This document shows, piece by piece, positions 29,310 to 44,929 of a DNA stretch of 54,979 bases. The stretch is from Betaproteobacteria bacterium. Its GTDB lineage: Bacteria > Pseudomonadota > Gammaproteobacteria > Burkholderiales > Ga0077523. A program made the position numbers and the translations under genes. Where the stretch lies: contig JANMWG010000286.1 in the NCBI GenBank assembly GCA_031393885.1, positions 1 to 54,979 on the forward strand, given 5' to 3'. The notes under the pieces are model-generated. The model had not been told where the DNA came from, ran no database searches, and saw nothing but the letters and a program-made list of their open reading frames with translations. Within the stretch, counting starts at the first letter, position 1. Each line of letters starts with the position of its first letter.

Positions 29310-31241
29310 ATGTTGTTTCCAAAACGATTTGGCCTCATCGTCATCGGAGGGGGACATGCGGGTACTGAGGCCGCTCTGGCCGCAGCGCGCATGGGCTGCG
29401 AAACGCTGCTTCTTACCCATAGCCTCGAGACGCTTGGTCAGATGTCATGCAATCCGTCCATCGGCGGGATCGGAAAAGGCCATCTGGTCAAGGAGATCGA
29501 CGCACTTGGCGGCGCGATGGCTGCGGCGACCGACGAGGCAGGTATCCAGTTTCGAATCCTCAATGCCAGCAAGGGTCCGGCAGTGCGTGCCACCCGCGCC
29601 CAGGCCGACCGGGTTCTGTATCGACGGGCAATTCGTCGTCGGCTCGAGAATCAACCCAACCTGACACTTTTTCAGCAACCAGTCGATGATCTGCTTCTCG
29701 ACGGCGACAAGGTCGCCGGCGTCCAAACCCAGATGGGTTTGCGGTTCGAGGCGACTACCGTGGTGTTGACGGCAGGTACGTTTCTTGCCGGTTTGACTCA
29801 TGTGGGTCTGTCACATCATCCCGCTGGACGGGCTGGTGATCCGCCGTCAACGTCCTTGGCGCACCGGCTGCGCGAACTCGCCCTGCCGGCAGGGCGACTG
29901 AAAACCGGGACTCCTCCCCGGATCGACGGCCGGTCCGTGGACTTTTCGGTGATGGCCGAGCAGCCTGGTGATTGCCCGGTCCCGGTGTTTTCCTTTCTTG
30001 GCACGGCCACGCAGCATCCGGCGCAGCTTCCCTGCTGGGTCACACATACCAACGAACGCACCCACGACCTGATCCGTGGTGGCCTCGATCGCTCGCCGCT
30101 TTTTACCGGCATCATCGAAGGTGTCGGCCCGCGATATTGCCCGTCGGTCGAGGACAAGGTCGTGCGCTTTCCCGATCGGGGCTCGCACCAGGTCTTCCTC
30201 GAACCCGAGGGCCTCGATACCCATGAAATCTACCCGAACGGTATCTCCACGAGCCTGCCTTTCGACGTGCAACTGGCGCTGGTTCGATCGATCCGGGGCC
30301 TCGAGCGAGCGCACATCCTGCGTCCCGGCTACGCGATCGAGTACGACTACTTCGATCCTCGGGCGCTCAAGGCCTCTCTTGAATCGAAAGCCATTCGTGG
30401 CTTGTTCCTCGCGGGCCAGATCAATGGCACCACAGGATATGAAGAGGCGGCCGCCCAGGGATTGCTAGCCGGTGCCAATGCGGCGCTCCAGGCGCGGGGT
30501 CTGGCACCGTGGTGCCCGGGTCGGGGCGACGCTTATCTTGGTGTCATGGTCGATGATCTTGTCACCCGGGGCGTGACCGAGCCGTACCGTATGTTCACCA
30601 GCCGTGCCGAGTACCGACTGAGCCTTCGCGAAGACAACGCCGATCTTCGCCTGACGGAACCGGGCCGCCACCTCGGTCTCGTCGACGACGTCCGGTGGGC
30701 GCATTTCGAGCGGAAACGAGAGTTGATTGCGACTGAGCGCCAGAGGCTCAGGACGACATGGTTGAATCCGAGACTGCTGGACGCCGCCGTGTCCCGCCAA
30801 ATTTTTGGCGAGGGAGCGGAGCGCGATTGCACTCTTGAAGAATTGTTGCGTCGCCCCGAGATCGCATACCGGACTCTTGGTCGTTTGCCCGGCGCCGAGC
30901 TGCTGATCAACGACCCCGCTGCCGCGGACCAGGTCGAAACCCAGATCAAATACCAGGGCTACATCGAACGCCAGCAGGTAGAGATCACGAAATTGGCCCG
31001 CGTGGAACACCAGTTGTTGCCAGCAGCGCTCGACTATGGCGCGGTCCGGGGCCTGTCGAATGAAGTCCGCCAGCGATTGACCGAGCATCGCCCCGAGACG
31101 CTGGGGCAGGCATCCAGGATATCCGGGATAACACCCGCAGCGATATCGCTGCTTCTCGTTCATTTGCGGCGCATGACGGCAGGCCGCCATGCGGCTGATT
31201 CCGACAATGCTTTGCCCCCGGTCGTGGCCAGCGCTTCATGA
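29310..31241 (+). CDS. mnmG: tRNA uridine 5-carboxymethylaminomethyl modification enzyme MnmG (GidA)
   Basis: ORF 29298..31241. [29 protein letters not shown] (ATG at 29310) aligns with E. coli [25 protein letters not shown] at 29298 is an alternative start. Confidence 0.95.
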   Translation: MLFPKRFGLIVIGGGHAGTEAALAAARMGCETLLLTHSLETLGQMSCNPSIGGIGKGHLVKEIDALGGAMAAATDEAGIQFRILNASKGPAVRATRAQADRVLYRRAIRRRLENQPNLTLFQQPVDDLLLDGDKVAGVQTQMGLRFEATTVVLTAGTFLAGLTHVGLSHHPAGRAGDPPSTSLAHRLRELALPAGRLKTGTPPRIDGRSVDFSVMAEQPGDCPVPVFSFLGTATQHPAQLPCWVTHTNERTHDLIRGGLDRSPLFTGIIEGVGPRYCPSVEDKVVRFPDRGSHQVFLEPEGLDTHEIYPNGISTSLPFDVQLALVRSIRGLERAHILRPGYAIEYDYFDPRALKASLESKAIRGLFLAGQINGTTGYEEAAAQGLLAGANAALQARGLAPWCPGRGDAYLGVMVDDLVTRGVTEPYRMFTSRAEYRLSLREDNADLRLTEPGRHLGLVDDVRWAHFERKRELIATERQRLRTTWLNPRLLDAAVSRQIFGEGAERDCTLEELLRRPEIAYRTLGRLPGAELLINDPAAADQVETQIKYQGYIERQQVEITKLARVEHQLLPAALDYGAVRGLSNEVRQRLTEHRPETLGQASRISGITPAAISLLLVHLRRMTAGRHAADSDNALPPVVASAS

Positions 31242-31882
31242 AGTCCATGGCGCAAGCCCTGGCTGACGGGGCCGGCGAGCTCGGACTGGATCTGAGCGAC
31301 GACACGGTCGATCGTCTGCTTGCCTATCTTGCCTTGCTGCAGAAATGGAATCGGGTTTACAACCTCACCGCAATCCGGGAGAGTTCACGCATGGTCAGTC
31401 ACCATGTGCTCGACAGCCTGGCCGTACTCCCGCACCTTCGGGCGCAGCGCGTCGTCGACGTCGGGACCGGGGCCGGTCTGCCGGGGATTCCGTTGGCGTT
31501 GGCCAACAAGCAATGGTCGGTCACCCTGGCTGACTCCAACCACAAGAAGCTCGCGTTCGTGACCCAGGTGATCGGAGAACTGAAGATCGAGAACGCTGCG
31601 ATTCAGCGGGATCGTGTGGAGGCATGGCACCCTGCCGCCGGCTTCGATATCGTGATTTCACGAGCTTTCGCGGAGCTGCAGGATTTCGTGAGGCTGGCCG
31701 GCCATCTGGCGGCGCCGGGAGGGAAGCTGGTGGCAATGAAAGGGCTGGAGCCGTTCGAAGAGATCGCGCAGATACCATCCGCATTTCGCGTGCTCGATGT
31801 GATCCGGCTCAACGTGCCGGGCGTCGAGGGTGAGCGACACCTGGTGGTCATGGAAAGATCGCCGGTCCAGCCTGATGCGTAA
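31238..31882 (+). CDS. rsmG: 16S rRNA (guanine527-N7)-methyltransferase RsmG (GidB)
   Basis: 214 aa with [15 protein letters not shown] and [16 protein letters not shown] motifs. ATGA overlap with mnmG. Confidence 0.93.
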   Translation: MKSMAQALADGAGELGLDLSDDTVDRLLAYLALLQKWNRVYNLTAIRESSRMVSHHVLDSLAVLPHLRAQRVVDVGTGAGLPGIPLALANKQWSVTLADSNHKKLAFVTQVIGELKIENAAIQRDRVEAWHPAAGFDIVISRAFAELQDFVRLAGHLAAPGGKLVAMKGLEPFEEIAQIPSAFRVLDVIRLNVPGVEGERHLVVMERSPVQPDA

Positions 31883-31888
31883 GCACAC

Positions 31889-32656
31889 ATGGTAAAGACG
31901 CTCGCTGTCACCAACCAGAAAGGCGGGGTCGGCAAGACCACCACGACGGTGAATCTCGCGGCGAGCCTCGCTTTGGCCGGGAGGCGGGTGTTGCTCGTCG
32001 ATCTCGATCCTCAGGGCAATGCAACCATGGGAAGCGGCATCGACAAGCGCTTACTGGCAGCAACGGTCTACCAGGTGCTGCTCGGCAAAATGGCACCGCG
32101 AGATGTGCTACACCGGTCGCCAACCGGAAATTTCGACATCCTGCCCGCCAACCGGGAATTGGCGGGTGCGGAAGTCGAAATGGTCGATCTGGACCGACGC
32201 GAAACCCGCTTGCAAGGAGCGCTTTCGGAGCTGGCCGCAGACTACGACTTCACTCTGATCGATTGCCCACCCGCATTAAACCTGCTGACAGTCAATGCGC
32301 TGGTGGCTGCCGACGCCGTGATGATTCCCATGCAGTGCGAGTACTACGCACTAGAGGGGCTCTCCGATCTTGTGAATACAATAAAGCGAGTACGTACTAA
32401 CTTGAATCCGAAGCTGGAAATAGAAGGGCTGCTCAGAACCATGTATGACCCTCGCAATACGCTGGGCCAACAAGTGTCGGATCAGCTTCAGCAGCATTTC
32501 GGCGACAAGGTCTATCGTACGGTGATTCCCCGGAACATCCGTCTTGCGGAAGCACCCAGTTTCGGGATGCCGGTGCTCAGCCATGATCGACAATCGAAAG
32601 GTGCGCTCGCCTATTTGGCCCTCGCCGGCGAAATTCTCGGCAAGCAGGTCGCCTGA
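31889..32656 (+). CDS. parA: chromosome partitioning ATPase ParA (Soj)
   Basis: 255 aa with the deviant Walker A sequence LAVTNQKGGVGKTTTTVNLA. Confidence 0.95.
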   Translation: MVKTLAVTNQKGGVGKTTTTVNLAASLALAGRRVLLVDLDPQGNATMGSGIDKRLLAATVYQVLLGKMAPRDVLHRSPTGNFDILPANRELAGAEVEMVDLDRRETRLQGALSELAADYDFTLIDCPPALNLLTVNALVAADAVMIPMQCEYYALEGLSDLVNTIKRVRTNLNPKLEIEGLLRTMYDPRNTLGQQVSDQLQQHFGDKVYRTVIPRNIRLAEAPSFGMPVLSHDRQSKGALAYLALAGEILGKQVA

Positions 32657-32658
32657 TC

Positions 32659-33516
32659 ATGGCCCGGAACAAGGGGCTGGGGCGCGGACTGGATGCATTG
32701 CTTTCCGGCGAAGGCCCAACCACCGTCGGCGACGCACTCATCGAGCTGCCGCCATCCGCACTGCGGCCCGGACGCTACCAACCGCGCACGCAGATGAACG
32801 CAGAGGCGATCACCGAATTGGCCGCTTCGATCAAGGCCCAGGGAATGATCCAGCCGATTCTCGCGCGTCCGGTTGGCGAACGGCAGTACGAGATCATTGC
32901 CGGAGAACGCCGGTGGCGAGCCGCGCAGCAGGCGGGGCTGCTGCAAGTTCCGGTGCTGGTGCGTGAGGTGCCAGACGAAGCAGCTTTGTCCATGGCGCTC
33001 ATCGAGAATATCCAGCGTGAAGACCTGAATGCCATCGAAGAGGCGGCTGGGCTGCAACGCCTCATCGATGAATTCGGCATGACGCATCACGCTGCCGGTG
33101 AGGCGGTCGGGCGCTCCCGCGCTGCGGTCAGCAACCTGCTGCGGCTGCTTCAACTGCCGCGCAGCGTGCAGCAGATGATGCTGAGAGGGCAAATCGAGAT
33201 GGGCCATGGCCGCGCTCTGCTCGGACTGCCGCCTACGCGGCAACTCGAACTGGCCGAAACCATCGGCGCCAAGGGCCTCTCGGTGCGCGAAACCGAACGT
33301 CTGGCGGCTCGTAGCGTAGGCCGAACCACCCAGGTACCAAGACAATCCCAGGCTGACAGTGACTTGCGCGCACTCGAAGAATCGCTGTCGGAAGCATTGG
33401 GTACCGGCGTTCGTCTGGAGCCAGGACGAAAGGGTCATGGCCGCCTGGTGGTCGCCTATCATTCTCTCGACCATCTCGACACCTTGATCGAAAAGTTGCT
33501 TGGCCGACCCCGATGA
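32659..33516 (+). CDS. parB: chromosome partitioning protein ParB (Spo0J)
   Basis: 285 aa containing MARNKGLGRGLDALL, the ParB box IIAGERRWRAAQQAG, and the HTH segment HAAGEAVGRSRAAVSNLLRLL. Confidence 0.95.
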   Translation: MARNKGLGRGLDALLSGEGPTTVGDALIELPPSALRPGRYQPRTQMNAEAITELAASIKAQGMIQPILARPVGERQYEIIAGERRWRAAQQAGLLQVPVLVREVPDEAALSMALIENIQREDLNAIEEAAGLQRLIDEFGMTHHAAGEAVGRSRAAVSNLLRLLQLPRSVQQMMLRGQIEMGHGRALLGLPPTRQLELAETIGAKGLSVRETERLAARSVGRTTQVPRQSQADSDLRALEESLSEALGTGVRLEPGRKGHGRLVVAYHSLDHLDTLIEKLLGRPR

Positions 33517-33636
33517 CCCCGGTCCCGCTCGGGCGACCGTCCCGGAACGGTCTCGAATTCATGCGATCCATGGGCTTTCCGGCACGGCTACCGTTGACGC
33601 TGAGGCCTGGGGATCAGTAAACTCGTGAGGTTTGCA

Positions 33637-34026
33637 GTGCAGCAACCTTGGTCGATATTGCGGATTCGAAGCCGGGCCTATCGAAATGTCATGGGCTGGC
33701 AGTTGGTCGCAACCGTGCTTTCCGCAACCGGGTTCTGGTTTCTGCTCGGTGCATCTGCTGCCGTTTCCGTATTGCTCGGTGGTCTGATCGGACTCGTTGC
33801 CGGTCTCGGGTTCGTATTGGTGGCACAGACCTCGAACAGTGCTACCAACGCGGGTACAACTCTCAGGGTTGCTGTGCGTGCCGAAAGCGTGAAAGTCGGT
33901 TTGAGCGTGTTGCTGCTCTGGCTGGTGTTCGCGATCTACAAGGATGTTGTGGCAGTGGCGTTCATCGGGGCATTTTCCCTGGCGATCCTGATTTTTTCCC
34001 TGGCAATCTTCGTGCGAGAGGCATGA
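33637..34026 (+). CDS. atpI: ATP synthase protein I (AtpI)
   Basis: ORF 33625..34026 encodes a small hydrophobic protein directly upstream of atpB. The start is uncertain. GTG at 33637 has a GAGG Shine-Dalgarno 6 nt upstream, and the alternatives are GTG at 33625 and ATG at 33691. Confidence 0.75.
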   Translation: MQQPWSILRIRSRAYRNVMGWQLVATVLSATGFWFLLGASAAVSVLLGGLIGLVAGLGFVLVAQTSNSATNAGTTLRVAVRAESVKVGLSVLLLWLVFAIYKDVVAVAFIGAFSLAILIFSLAIFVREA

Positions 34027-34045
34027 CGCACCACGTGAATGACCG

Positions 34046-35171
<1,126 letters not shown>

Positions 35172-35210
35172 TCCGGCGTCCTGTCGCACACCAATCGGTA
35201 GGAAACTGGC

Positions 35211-35681
35211 ATGAACATCAACCTCACCTTGATCGCGCAAGCCGTATCGTTCGCGATCTTCATCTGGTTCACGGTGAAGTTCGTCTGGCCACCGCTGGTC
35301 AAGGCCATCGAACAGCGCCAAGCGCAGATCGCCGGTGGTCTCGCCGCCGCTGAAGAGGGACGTCAGTCGCTTCAGACGTCAGCGAAGCAGGCCAAACAGG
35401 CCATCGCCGAGGCGCGCCACCGCGCCCAGGAGATCATCGCCCAGGCCGAAAAGCGCGGCGCACAGATGATCGATGAGGCGAAGACTGCCGCCCGCGAGGA
35501 GAGCAGTCGCGAAAAGGCCGCGGCTAACGCCGAGATCGAGCAGGAGGTCTCCCGGGCGCGGGAGGCTCTTCGCGATCAGGTGGCTGCCCTCGCCGTGGCG
35601 GGCGCCGAAAAGATTCTGCGACGTGAGATCAACCCCGCGGTGCACGCGGAACTGCTGGCCCAGCTCCAGAAGGACATGTAA
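35211..35681 (+). CDS. atpF: F0F1 ATP synthase subunit b
   Basis: 156 aa with a single N-terminal TM segment ([28 protein letters not shown]) followed by a long charged coiled coil. Confidence 0.93.
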   Translation: MNINLTLIAQAVSFAIFIWFTVKFVWPPLVKAIEQRQAQIAGGLAAAEEGRQSLQTSAKQAKQAIAEARHRAQEIIAQAEKRGAQMIDEAKTAAREESSREKAAANAEIEQEVSRAREALRDQVAALAVAGAEKILRREINPAVHAELLAQLQKDM

Positions 35682-35684
35682 CGC

Positions 35685-36221
35685 ATGGCCGAGATCAGCA
35701 CCATCGCCCGCCCATATGCCGAAGCTGCATTCGCGGTCGCGGAGAAGTCGGGCGATCTGTCCCGTTGGTCCGTGATGCTGGGTAATCTGGCAACCACTGC
35801 CGACCGTCCCGAAGTCCGCGAGCTGGTTGGCAATCCATTGGTGTCCAATGCCGATCTGGTGGGCATCTTCGCGGCGGCTTCGGGCGATACCTCGCCGGAG
35901 ACGCGCAACTTCCTCGGTATGCTGGTCGACAACGATCGTCTTGCCGCGCTGGAGTCGGTCCGCGACCAGTTCGATCTCCTCAAGCAGGAGCGCGAAGGCA
36001 TTGTGGACGCCGACATCGAATCGGCATTCCCGCTCGCGGGCGCCGAACTCGCCGATCTGGTTGCCAATCTGGAGCGCAAGTTCAGCCGCCGTATCAGGCC
36101 GACGGTCACCGTCGTCGCCGACCTCATCGGCGGTGTCACGATCGCCGTCGGTGATCAGGTCATCGACAGTTCGGTGCGCGGGCAACTCGCCGCGATGGCC
36201 ACCCGCCTCGCTTCAGCGTAG
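35685..36221 (+). CDS. atpH: F0F1 ATP synthase subunit delta
   Basis: 178 aa starting [19 protein letters not shown], located between atpF and atpA. Confidence 0.92.
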   Translation: MAEISTIARPYAEAAFAVAEKSGDLSRWSVMLGNLATTADRPEVRELVGNPLVSNADLVGIFAAASGDTSPETRNFLGMLVDNDRLAALESVRDQFDLLKQEREGIVDADIESAFPLAGAELADLVANLERKFSRRIRPTVTVVADLIGGVTIAVGDQVIDSSVRGQLAAMATRLASA

Positions 36222-36267
36222 GCGCGCCACCCCGTACCCACCCAACACCACTCGAATCGGAATCGTC

Positions 36268-37812
<1,545 letters not shown>

Positions 37813-37886
37813 TCCGACGCTCGACCGGTCGCCATCGTCGATGGTGGCCGGTCACTTCGGCACGACATCCAGCCAGGAACCGACCC

Positions 37887-40215
<2,329 letters not shown>

Positions 40216-40264
40216 TGCATATCGCGTGGCGGCCACTCCAGTTGCCGCGCCGACAAGGACTCAA

Positions 40265-40684
40265 ATGGCAAATACTCTCCAGGTAGAAGTCGTCAGCGCC
40301 GAGCGGGCGATCTATTCGGGTGCGGCCGAGTTCGTCGTGTTGCCCGGGGAGGCCGGCGAACTCGGCATCTATCCTCAGCACACGCCCCTGATCACTCGCA
40401 TCCGGCCTGGCGCCGTACGGATCAAGCCGGCTGGCGGCGGCGACGAAGAGCTGATCTTCGTCGCCGGCGGTTATCTCGAAGTGCAGCCCAAGGTGGTCAC
40501 GGTACTCGCCGACGCCGCCATCCGCGGCGCCGATCTCGATGAAACCAAAGCGCTGGAAGCCAAGCGCCTGGCGGAAGAGGCCCTTCGCTCCGCCAAGGAC
40601 CACGCCGAGATCGCAACGGTCGAAGCGGAACTGTCGTCACTGGCGGCGCAACTCGCCGCTATTCGCAGGCTGCGCAAGCGCTGA
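40265..40684 (+). CDS. atpC: F0F1 ATP synthase subunit epsilon
   Basis: It lies inside ORF 40139..40684. ATG at 40265 gives [19 protein letters not shown], for 139 aa. Confidence 0.93.
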   Translation: MANTLQVEVVSAERAIYSGAAEFVVLPGEAGELGIYPQHTPLITRIRPGAVRIKPAGGGDEELIFVAGGYLEVQPKVVTVLADAAIRGADLDETKALEAKRLAEEALRSAKDHAEIATVEAELSSLAAQLAAIRRLRKR

Positions 40685-40698
40685 GGTGACACCCACCC

Positions 40699-40733
40699 CC
40701 AGGCTGCGCTGCGCCTTCCCCTTGGGGCGCAGC
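40699..40733. repeat. Third, inverted and shortened copy of the REP-like element seen at 7736-7935
   Basis: CCAGGCTGCGCTGCGCCTTCCCCTTGGGGCGCAGC aligns with the reverse complement of copy B (CCAGTCTGCGCTGCGCTCCGCCTTCCCCCCGAGGGGGCGCAG) and can fold as GCTGCGCC/GGCGCAGC. It sits just after the atpC stop. Confidence 0.7.
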
Positions 40734-40877
40734 ATTCCTCGGAGGACCCTTTGGATGCCGCCCCTTCGCTTCTGAGTTCCCTTCGCTCTGGCCCGGAGAG
40801 AATCCCCGGGTTTCATGATTGGCAGGGCGGCGTGTCGGCCGGAATGCCGGGACGGGTCGTGTTCCGGGCGAGGATTG

Positions 40878-42050
40878 ATGCGACACTCCCGCCAACATCA
40901 ACGTGCGTCGCCCATCGCCATGCCTGAAGCCGCCGAAGTCATCGCCCTGACGCAGCGCCTGCTGCGGTTCGACACCATCAATCCTCCCGGGCAGGAAGAA
41001 GCCTGTGCCCGGCATATCGGTACGTTGCTCGAAGCGGCCGGCTATCGGGTGCGCTATCACCCGTGCGGCGAAGGCCGGGCCAACCTGATTGCCACCATCG
41101 GTGGCCAGCACGAACGGGCGCCGATCTGTTTCACCGGCCACATCGACATCGTTCCGCTCGGCGCCGCCGCGTGGTCGAAGGATCCTTTTGCCGGCGATAC
41201 CGACCAGGGCCGCCTCTACGGCCGCGGCTCCAGCGACATGAAAAGTGGTGTCGGCGCGTTTGTGACGGCGGCGATCGCGCTCGCGCCGCACCTCGAACGC
41301 ACCGCTGGTGTCTCGCTGGTCATCACCGCGGGTGAGGAGACCGGGTGCATGGGCGCGTTCGAACTGCTCAAGACCCCCGGTGCCATCGGCCGTGCCGGCG
41401 CCATCGTCGTTGCTGAACCCACGGCAAACTACCCGTATGTCGGGCATCGCGGCGCCTATTGGCTCAACGCCACGACAACCGGTGTCACCGCCCACGGCTC
41501 GATGCCAGAGCGGGGAATCAACGCCGTCTACCAGGGCGCCCACGCCGTGACCAGGCTGGAACAGTTCCGGTTCTCGACGCCACCCCACGCGATGATGGGT
41601 CAGGGCACGCTCAATGTCGGCACGTTCCATGGCGGGCTCAACATCAACTCGGTGCCCGATCAGGCGCGGATCGGTATCGATATCCGTACCGTGCCAACGC
41701 AGAAACATGCCCACATCCGCGATGAACTTTGCGCGGTGCTTGGTCCGGACGTGCACCTCGAGACGCTGCTCGACGTCGAATCGGTCTACTCCGACCCCGA
41801 TGACGAATGGGTGCAGAGCGTCTTCGATGTCATGCAACCCTATCTTGGTACCCGCCCGGAAGCCCGGACCGCGACCTACTTCACCGATGCGGCTGCGCTC
41901 AAGCCGGCTTACGGCAACCCGCCCACCCTGATCCTCGGGCCCGGCGAACCGCAGATGGCTCATCAGACCGACGAATACTGCGAGCTCGAGCGAGTCGTTC
42001 AATCGACCGACGCGTTCATCGAGATCATGCGGCATTGGTGCAAAGCCTGA
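40878..42050 (+). CDS. M20-family metallopeptidase / deacylase (ArgE/DapE-like)
   Basis: ORF 40815..42050 with FTGHIDIVP, GRGSSDMKSG and AGEETG metal-binding motifs. ATG at 40878 is preceded by GAGGA, and ATG at 40920 is an alternative start. Confidence 0.85.
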   Translation: MRHSRQHQRASPIAMPEAAEVIALTQRLLRFDTINPPGQEEACARHIGTLLEAAGYRVRYHPCGEGRANLIATIGGQHERAPICFTGHIDIVPLGAAAWSKDPFAGDTDQGRLYGRGSSDMKSGVGAFVTAAIALAPHLERTAGVSLVITAGEETGCMGAFELLKTPGAIGRAGAIVVAEPTANYPYVGHRGAYWLNATTTGVTAHGSMPERGINAVYQGAHAVTRLEQFRFSTPPHAMMGQGTLNVGTFHGGLNINSVPDQARIGIDIRTVPTQKHAHIRDELCAVLGPDVHLETLLDVESVYSDPDDEWVQSVFDVMQPYLGTRPEARTATYFTDAAALKPAYGNPPTLILGPGEPQMAHQTDEYCELERVVQSTDAFIEIMRHWCKA

Positions 42051-42058
42051 CCCGGGCT

Positions 42059-43294
42059 GTGCCACATTTTCTCGATCTCCCGGCATCGGCCCGAATCGGC
42101 TTCCTGCTCGATCCGGACACTGTTCGATGGTGTGACCAGGCAGACGACACCTCGGTAATCGTAGCCAGCGGGATGCTCGACCGGCGACCCGTCATCATTG
42201 CCGCCACCGACCCAAGCCATGCGGCAGGGTCGATCGGTTCGGCCGATGCCTTCAGGCTCATCTCCGCACTGGCGCGTGCCAAGACCCAGCGCTCGACGCT
42301 CGTGCTCTTGCTCGACTCCGCAGGTGCGAGGCTCACGGACGGTGTTGCAGTACTCGGTGCCTTCCGTCGTCTGCAGCGCGTCATGCTCGAAACCGAGGAC
42401 GCGGGAGTCCGGGTGCTCGCCGTGCTTGGCCATCACTGTTTCGGCGGCGCCAGCCTGGTTGCGTTCGGCGCGCTCGCCCGCCTCTACATCGCCGGTGGCC
42501 AGTTCGGTCTGTCCGGTCCCAAGGCTGTCCTCGCACTGGATCCCGCAGCCAGGCCAGCAGACGTGTTGGCGCTGTACGCCAACGAGCGTCGGGTGCTCAC
42601 CGACAGGTCCGGCACGCTGTCGGTGGATGACGCCGCCACCGTCCGCACGGCGCTCGCCCGTTGCCTCGACCAACCGGTTCCGAAATGTCCACCGAAAGCG
42701 GTCGATGCGGCCAGGTTCGACCTGCAGGGCGAGCGAGTCGACGCCTGCACATTCGCCAGGTGGTTCCCGAAAGGGTGCGAGTTGCGCGCGTCCGGGCACA
42801 TGGTGGAAGGCACGGCGCCGGTCACCGACACGATGCATCGTGTCGCCGGGCTGGTCGATGGCGTGCCTGTCACCCCGGCGGCCTGCAAACGGATGACATC
42901 GTTGCTCGCCGCCATAGCACTCGAACCGGGTGTCGTGCCCGTGATCCTGTTGCTCGATTCGCCGGGGCAATCCGCGGCGTCGAGCGATGAGGCAGAACCG
43001 TTCTCGATGCTGCTCGCACAATTGGGAGCCATGCTCTTTCGCCTGCGCGCCAGTGGGCGCCGTGTCCAACTGTGGATCACGGGGCAAGCGGGCGGAGCGG
43101 TCTATGTTGTGCTCGCTGGCGCGGCCGACACCGTTGTCGCATGGCCCGGTGCGAGCATCGGCACATTGCCGCGGGCGGCGATTGTCGGCGTACTGGGCGG
43201 GCGCGGCGTCGCGGCGCACCCGGACCTCATCGCCGCAGGCGTCATCGACGGTCGGGCCGGCCCCCCCGGTGTTGGCCTGAAGGGCAACGCATGA
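42059..43294 (+). CDS. Fused MdcD-like/MdcE-like (malonate decarboxylase beta+gamma type) carboxyltransferase
   Basis: It uses the frame of ORF 41807..43294, with GTG at 42059 lying 8 nt after the M20 stop. The N-terminal half (HFLDLPASARIGFLLD...GSIGSADAFRL...LVLLLDSAGARL...CFGGASL...GLSGPKAV) follows the MdcD pattern. The C-terminal half (VILLLDSPGQSAASSDEAEPF...GRRVQLWITGQAGGAVYVVL) follows the MdcE pattern. Both assignments come from memory-based alignment, not a search. Confidence 0.65.
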   Translation: MPHFLDLPASARIGFLLDPDTVRWCDQADDTSVIVASGMLDRRPVIIAATDPSHAAGSIGSADAFRLISALARAKTQRSTLVLLLDSAGARLTDGVAVLGAFRRLQRVMLETEDAGVRVLAVLGHHCFGGASLVAFGALARLYIAGGQFGLSGPKAVLALDPAARPADVLALYANERRVLTDRSGTLSVDDAATVRTALARCLDQPVPKCPPKAVDAARFDLQGERVDACTFARWFPKGCELRASGHMVEGTAPVTDTMHRVAGLVDGVPVTPAACKRMTSLLAAIALEPGVVPVILLLDSPGQSAASSDEAEPFSMLLAQLGAMLFRLRASGRRVQLWITGQAGGAVYVVLAGAADTVVAWPGASIGTLPRAAIVGVLGGRGVAAHPDLIAAGVIDGRAGPPGVGLKGNA

Positions 43295-44808
43295 ACGCGA
43301 ACCTGTTCGTGCATTTCTTCGTCCGAAGTCTGCACGATCACGCCCGCCCCTTGCTGGAAACCGACACCGGCGATATCTGGAGCAACGGCGATCTCGCCGA
43401 TCTGTCGGCCCGTTTCGCGCAGGCACTGGTGGGCGCCGGGGCGCGTCGTGGCGATCGCATCGCCGTTCAGGTGGACAAGTCGGCGGAGGCGTTGGCGCTG
43501 TATCTCGCCTGCCTGCGAGCCGGCCTGGTGTATCTGCCTCTGAACACGGCTTACACGCCCGCCGAAGTCACTTACTTCCTTCAGGACGCCTCGCCGGCCC
43601 TGTTCGTCTGCCGCACCGGCGACGAGAACGTCCTCGGTGACATCGCTGCGGCCGCTGGCGTCAGGGCCGTCCTGACGCTCGACGCCGACGGCGGTGGCAG
43701 CCTGATGACCGAAGCGCGGCAGCACGTCGCTCGATTCGATCCGGTCGATGCCGCTGCTGGCGATCTTGCCGTGATCATCTACACCTCGGGCACCACCGGT
43801 CGTTCCAAGGGCGCGATGCTCACCCATGGCAACCTGTTGTCGAACGGCGAAACGCTGGTCCGGGCGTGGGGCTTCACCGGCGCCGATGTGCTGATCCACG
43901 CGCTGCCGCTGTTCCACGTCCACGGCCTGTTCGTGGCAACGCATTGCGTGCTGCTGGCGGGTGCCCGGATGCTGTTCCACCGCCGGTTCGAGATCTCGCT
44001 GGTGATGCGCGATCTGCCTCGCACCACGGTTCTGATGGGCGTGCCCACTTTCTACACGAGGCTCCTGTCCGAGCCCCGGTTCACTCGCGCCGTTGCCGCC
44101 AAGGTGCGGCTGTTCGTGTCCGGATCGGCACCGCTGCTGGTCGATACGTTCAGCAACTTCGAGGCACGCATCGGCCAACGCATCCTCGAGCGCTACGGCA
44201 TGAGCGAGTCGGGCATGATCACCTCGAATCCGCTCGCGGGAGAACGCAAGGGCGGCACCGTCGGACCTGCCCTCACCGGCGTGGACGTTCGGATTGCCGA
44301 CAGCGAAGACCGCGCGCTCGCGCAAGGCGGGATCGGCGCCATACAGATACGCGGCCCCAACGTGTTTGCCGGCTACTGGAACCTGCCGCAGAAGACGGCC
44401 GAGGAGTTCACCGCCGATGGCTGGTTCCGTACCGGCGATGTCGGCATCTTCGACGCCACGGGCTATCTCTCGATCGTCGGCCGCGCCAAGGACCTCATCA
44501 TCACCGGCGGATACAACGTCTACCCGAAGGAGATCGAACTGGTCCTCGATGATGCCGAGGGTGTCCTCGAGTCCGCCGTGATCGGTGTTCCGCATCCGGA
44601 TTTCGGCGAAGCGGTCACCGCTGTCGTCGTGGCCCGGCCCGGTGCGACGCTGGACGAGGCTCTTCTGTTAGCGCATCTCAAGACGCGACTGGCCAACTAC
44701 AAGGTGCCCAAGCGCGTGCACGTGGTCGACGATCTGCCGCGAACTGCCATGGGAAAAGTGCAGAAGGCGCGTTTGCGGGAGCAGTTCGCGGCCAGACCCA
44801 AGCGCTGA
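43291..44808 (+). CDS. matB: malonyl-CoA synthetase (AMP-forming, MatB type)
   Basis: It lies inside ORF 43072..44808. ATG at 43291 (ATGA overlap with the previous gene) gives MNANLF..., for 505 aa. RIAVQVDKSAEALALYLACLRAGLVYLPLNTAYTPAE closely matches the Rhizobium MatB block VAVQVEKSAEALILYLACLRSGAVYLPLNTAYT. The AMP-binding motif is IIYTSGTTGRSKGA. Confidence 0.85.
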   Translation: MNANLFVHFFVRSLHDHARPLLETDTGDIWSNGDLADLSARFAQALVGAGARRGDRIAVQVDKSAEALALYLACLRAGLVYLPLNTAYTPAEVTYFLQDASPALFVCRTGDENVLGDIAAAAGVRAVLTLDADGGGSLMTEARQHVARFDPVDAAAGDLAVIIYTSGTTGRSKGAMLTHGNLLSNGETLVRAWGFTGADVLIHALPLFHVHGLFVATHCVLLAGARMLFHRRFEISLVMRDLPRTTVLMGVPTFYTRLLSEPRFTRAVAAKVRLFVSGSAPLLVDTFSNFEARIGQRILERYGMSESGMITSNPLAGERKGGTVGPALTGVDVRIADSEDRALAQGGIGAIQIRGPNVFAGYWNLPQKTAEEFTADGWFRTGDVGIFDATGYLSIVGRAKDLIITGGYNVYPKEIELVLDDAEGVLESAVIGVPHPDFGEAVTAVVVARPGATLDEALLLAHLKTRLANYKVPKRVHVVDDLPRTAMGKVQKARLREQFAARPKR

Positions 44809-44929
44809 CGCGGAACCTGTCCCGGTCGCGATGGCTCGCAGCGATGCGGGCATGATTCGTTCGATGAGCGTGTGGAGCGCCAATCACCGGCGCGGGTGAT
44901 AGCATGCTCTCGACATCCGGAGAATCATC

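Noticed and set aside
29203-29664. 153-aa ORF beginning [14 protein letters not shown]..., and the antisense ORF 29038..29232 that also contains RFHVKP
   Set aside because: The recurring RFHVKP peptide is the translation of the two parS palindromes. The remainder overlaps the well-supported mnmG reading frame.
33594-33623. Sigma70-like promoter TTGACG-18 nt-TAAACT upstream of the atp operon
   Set aside because: The match is good, but the implied transcription start (about 33630) falls at or after the best-supported atpI start candidates (GTG 33625, and GTG 33637 with its GAGG Shine-Dalgarno at 33627-33630). It would be consistent only with the SD-less ATG at 33691. Because of this conflict I do not call it as a feature.
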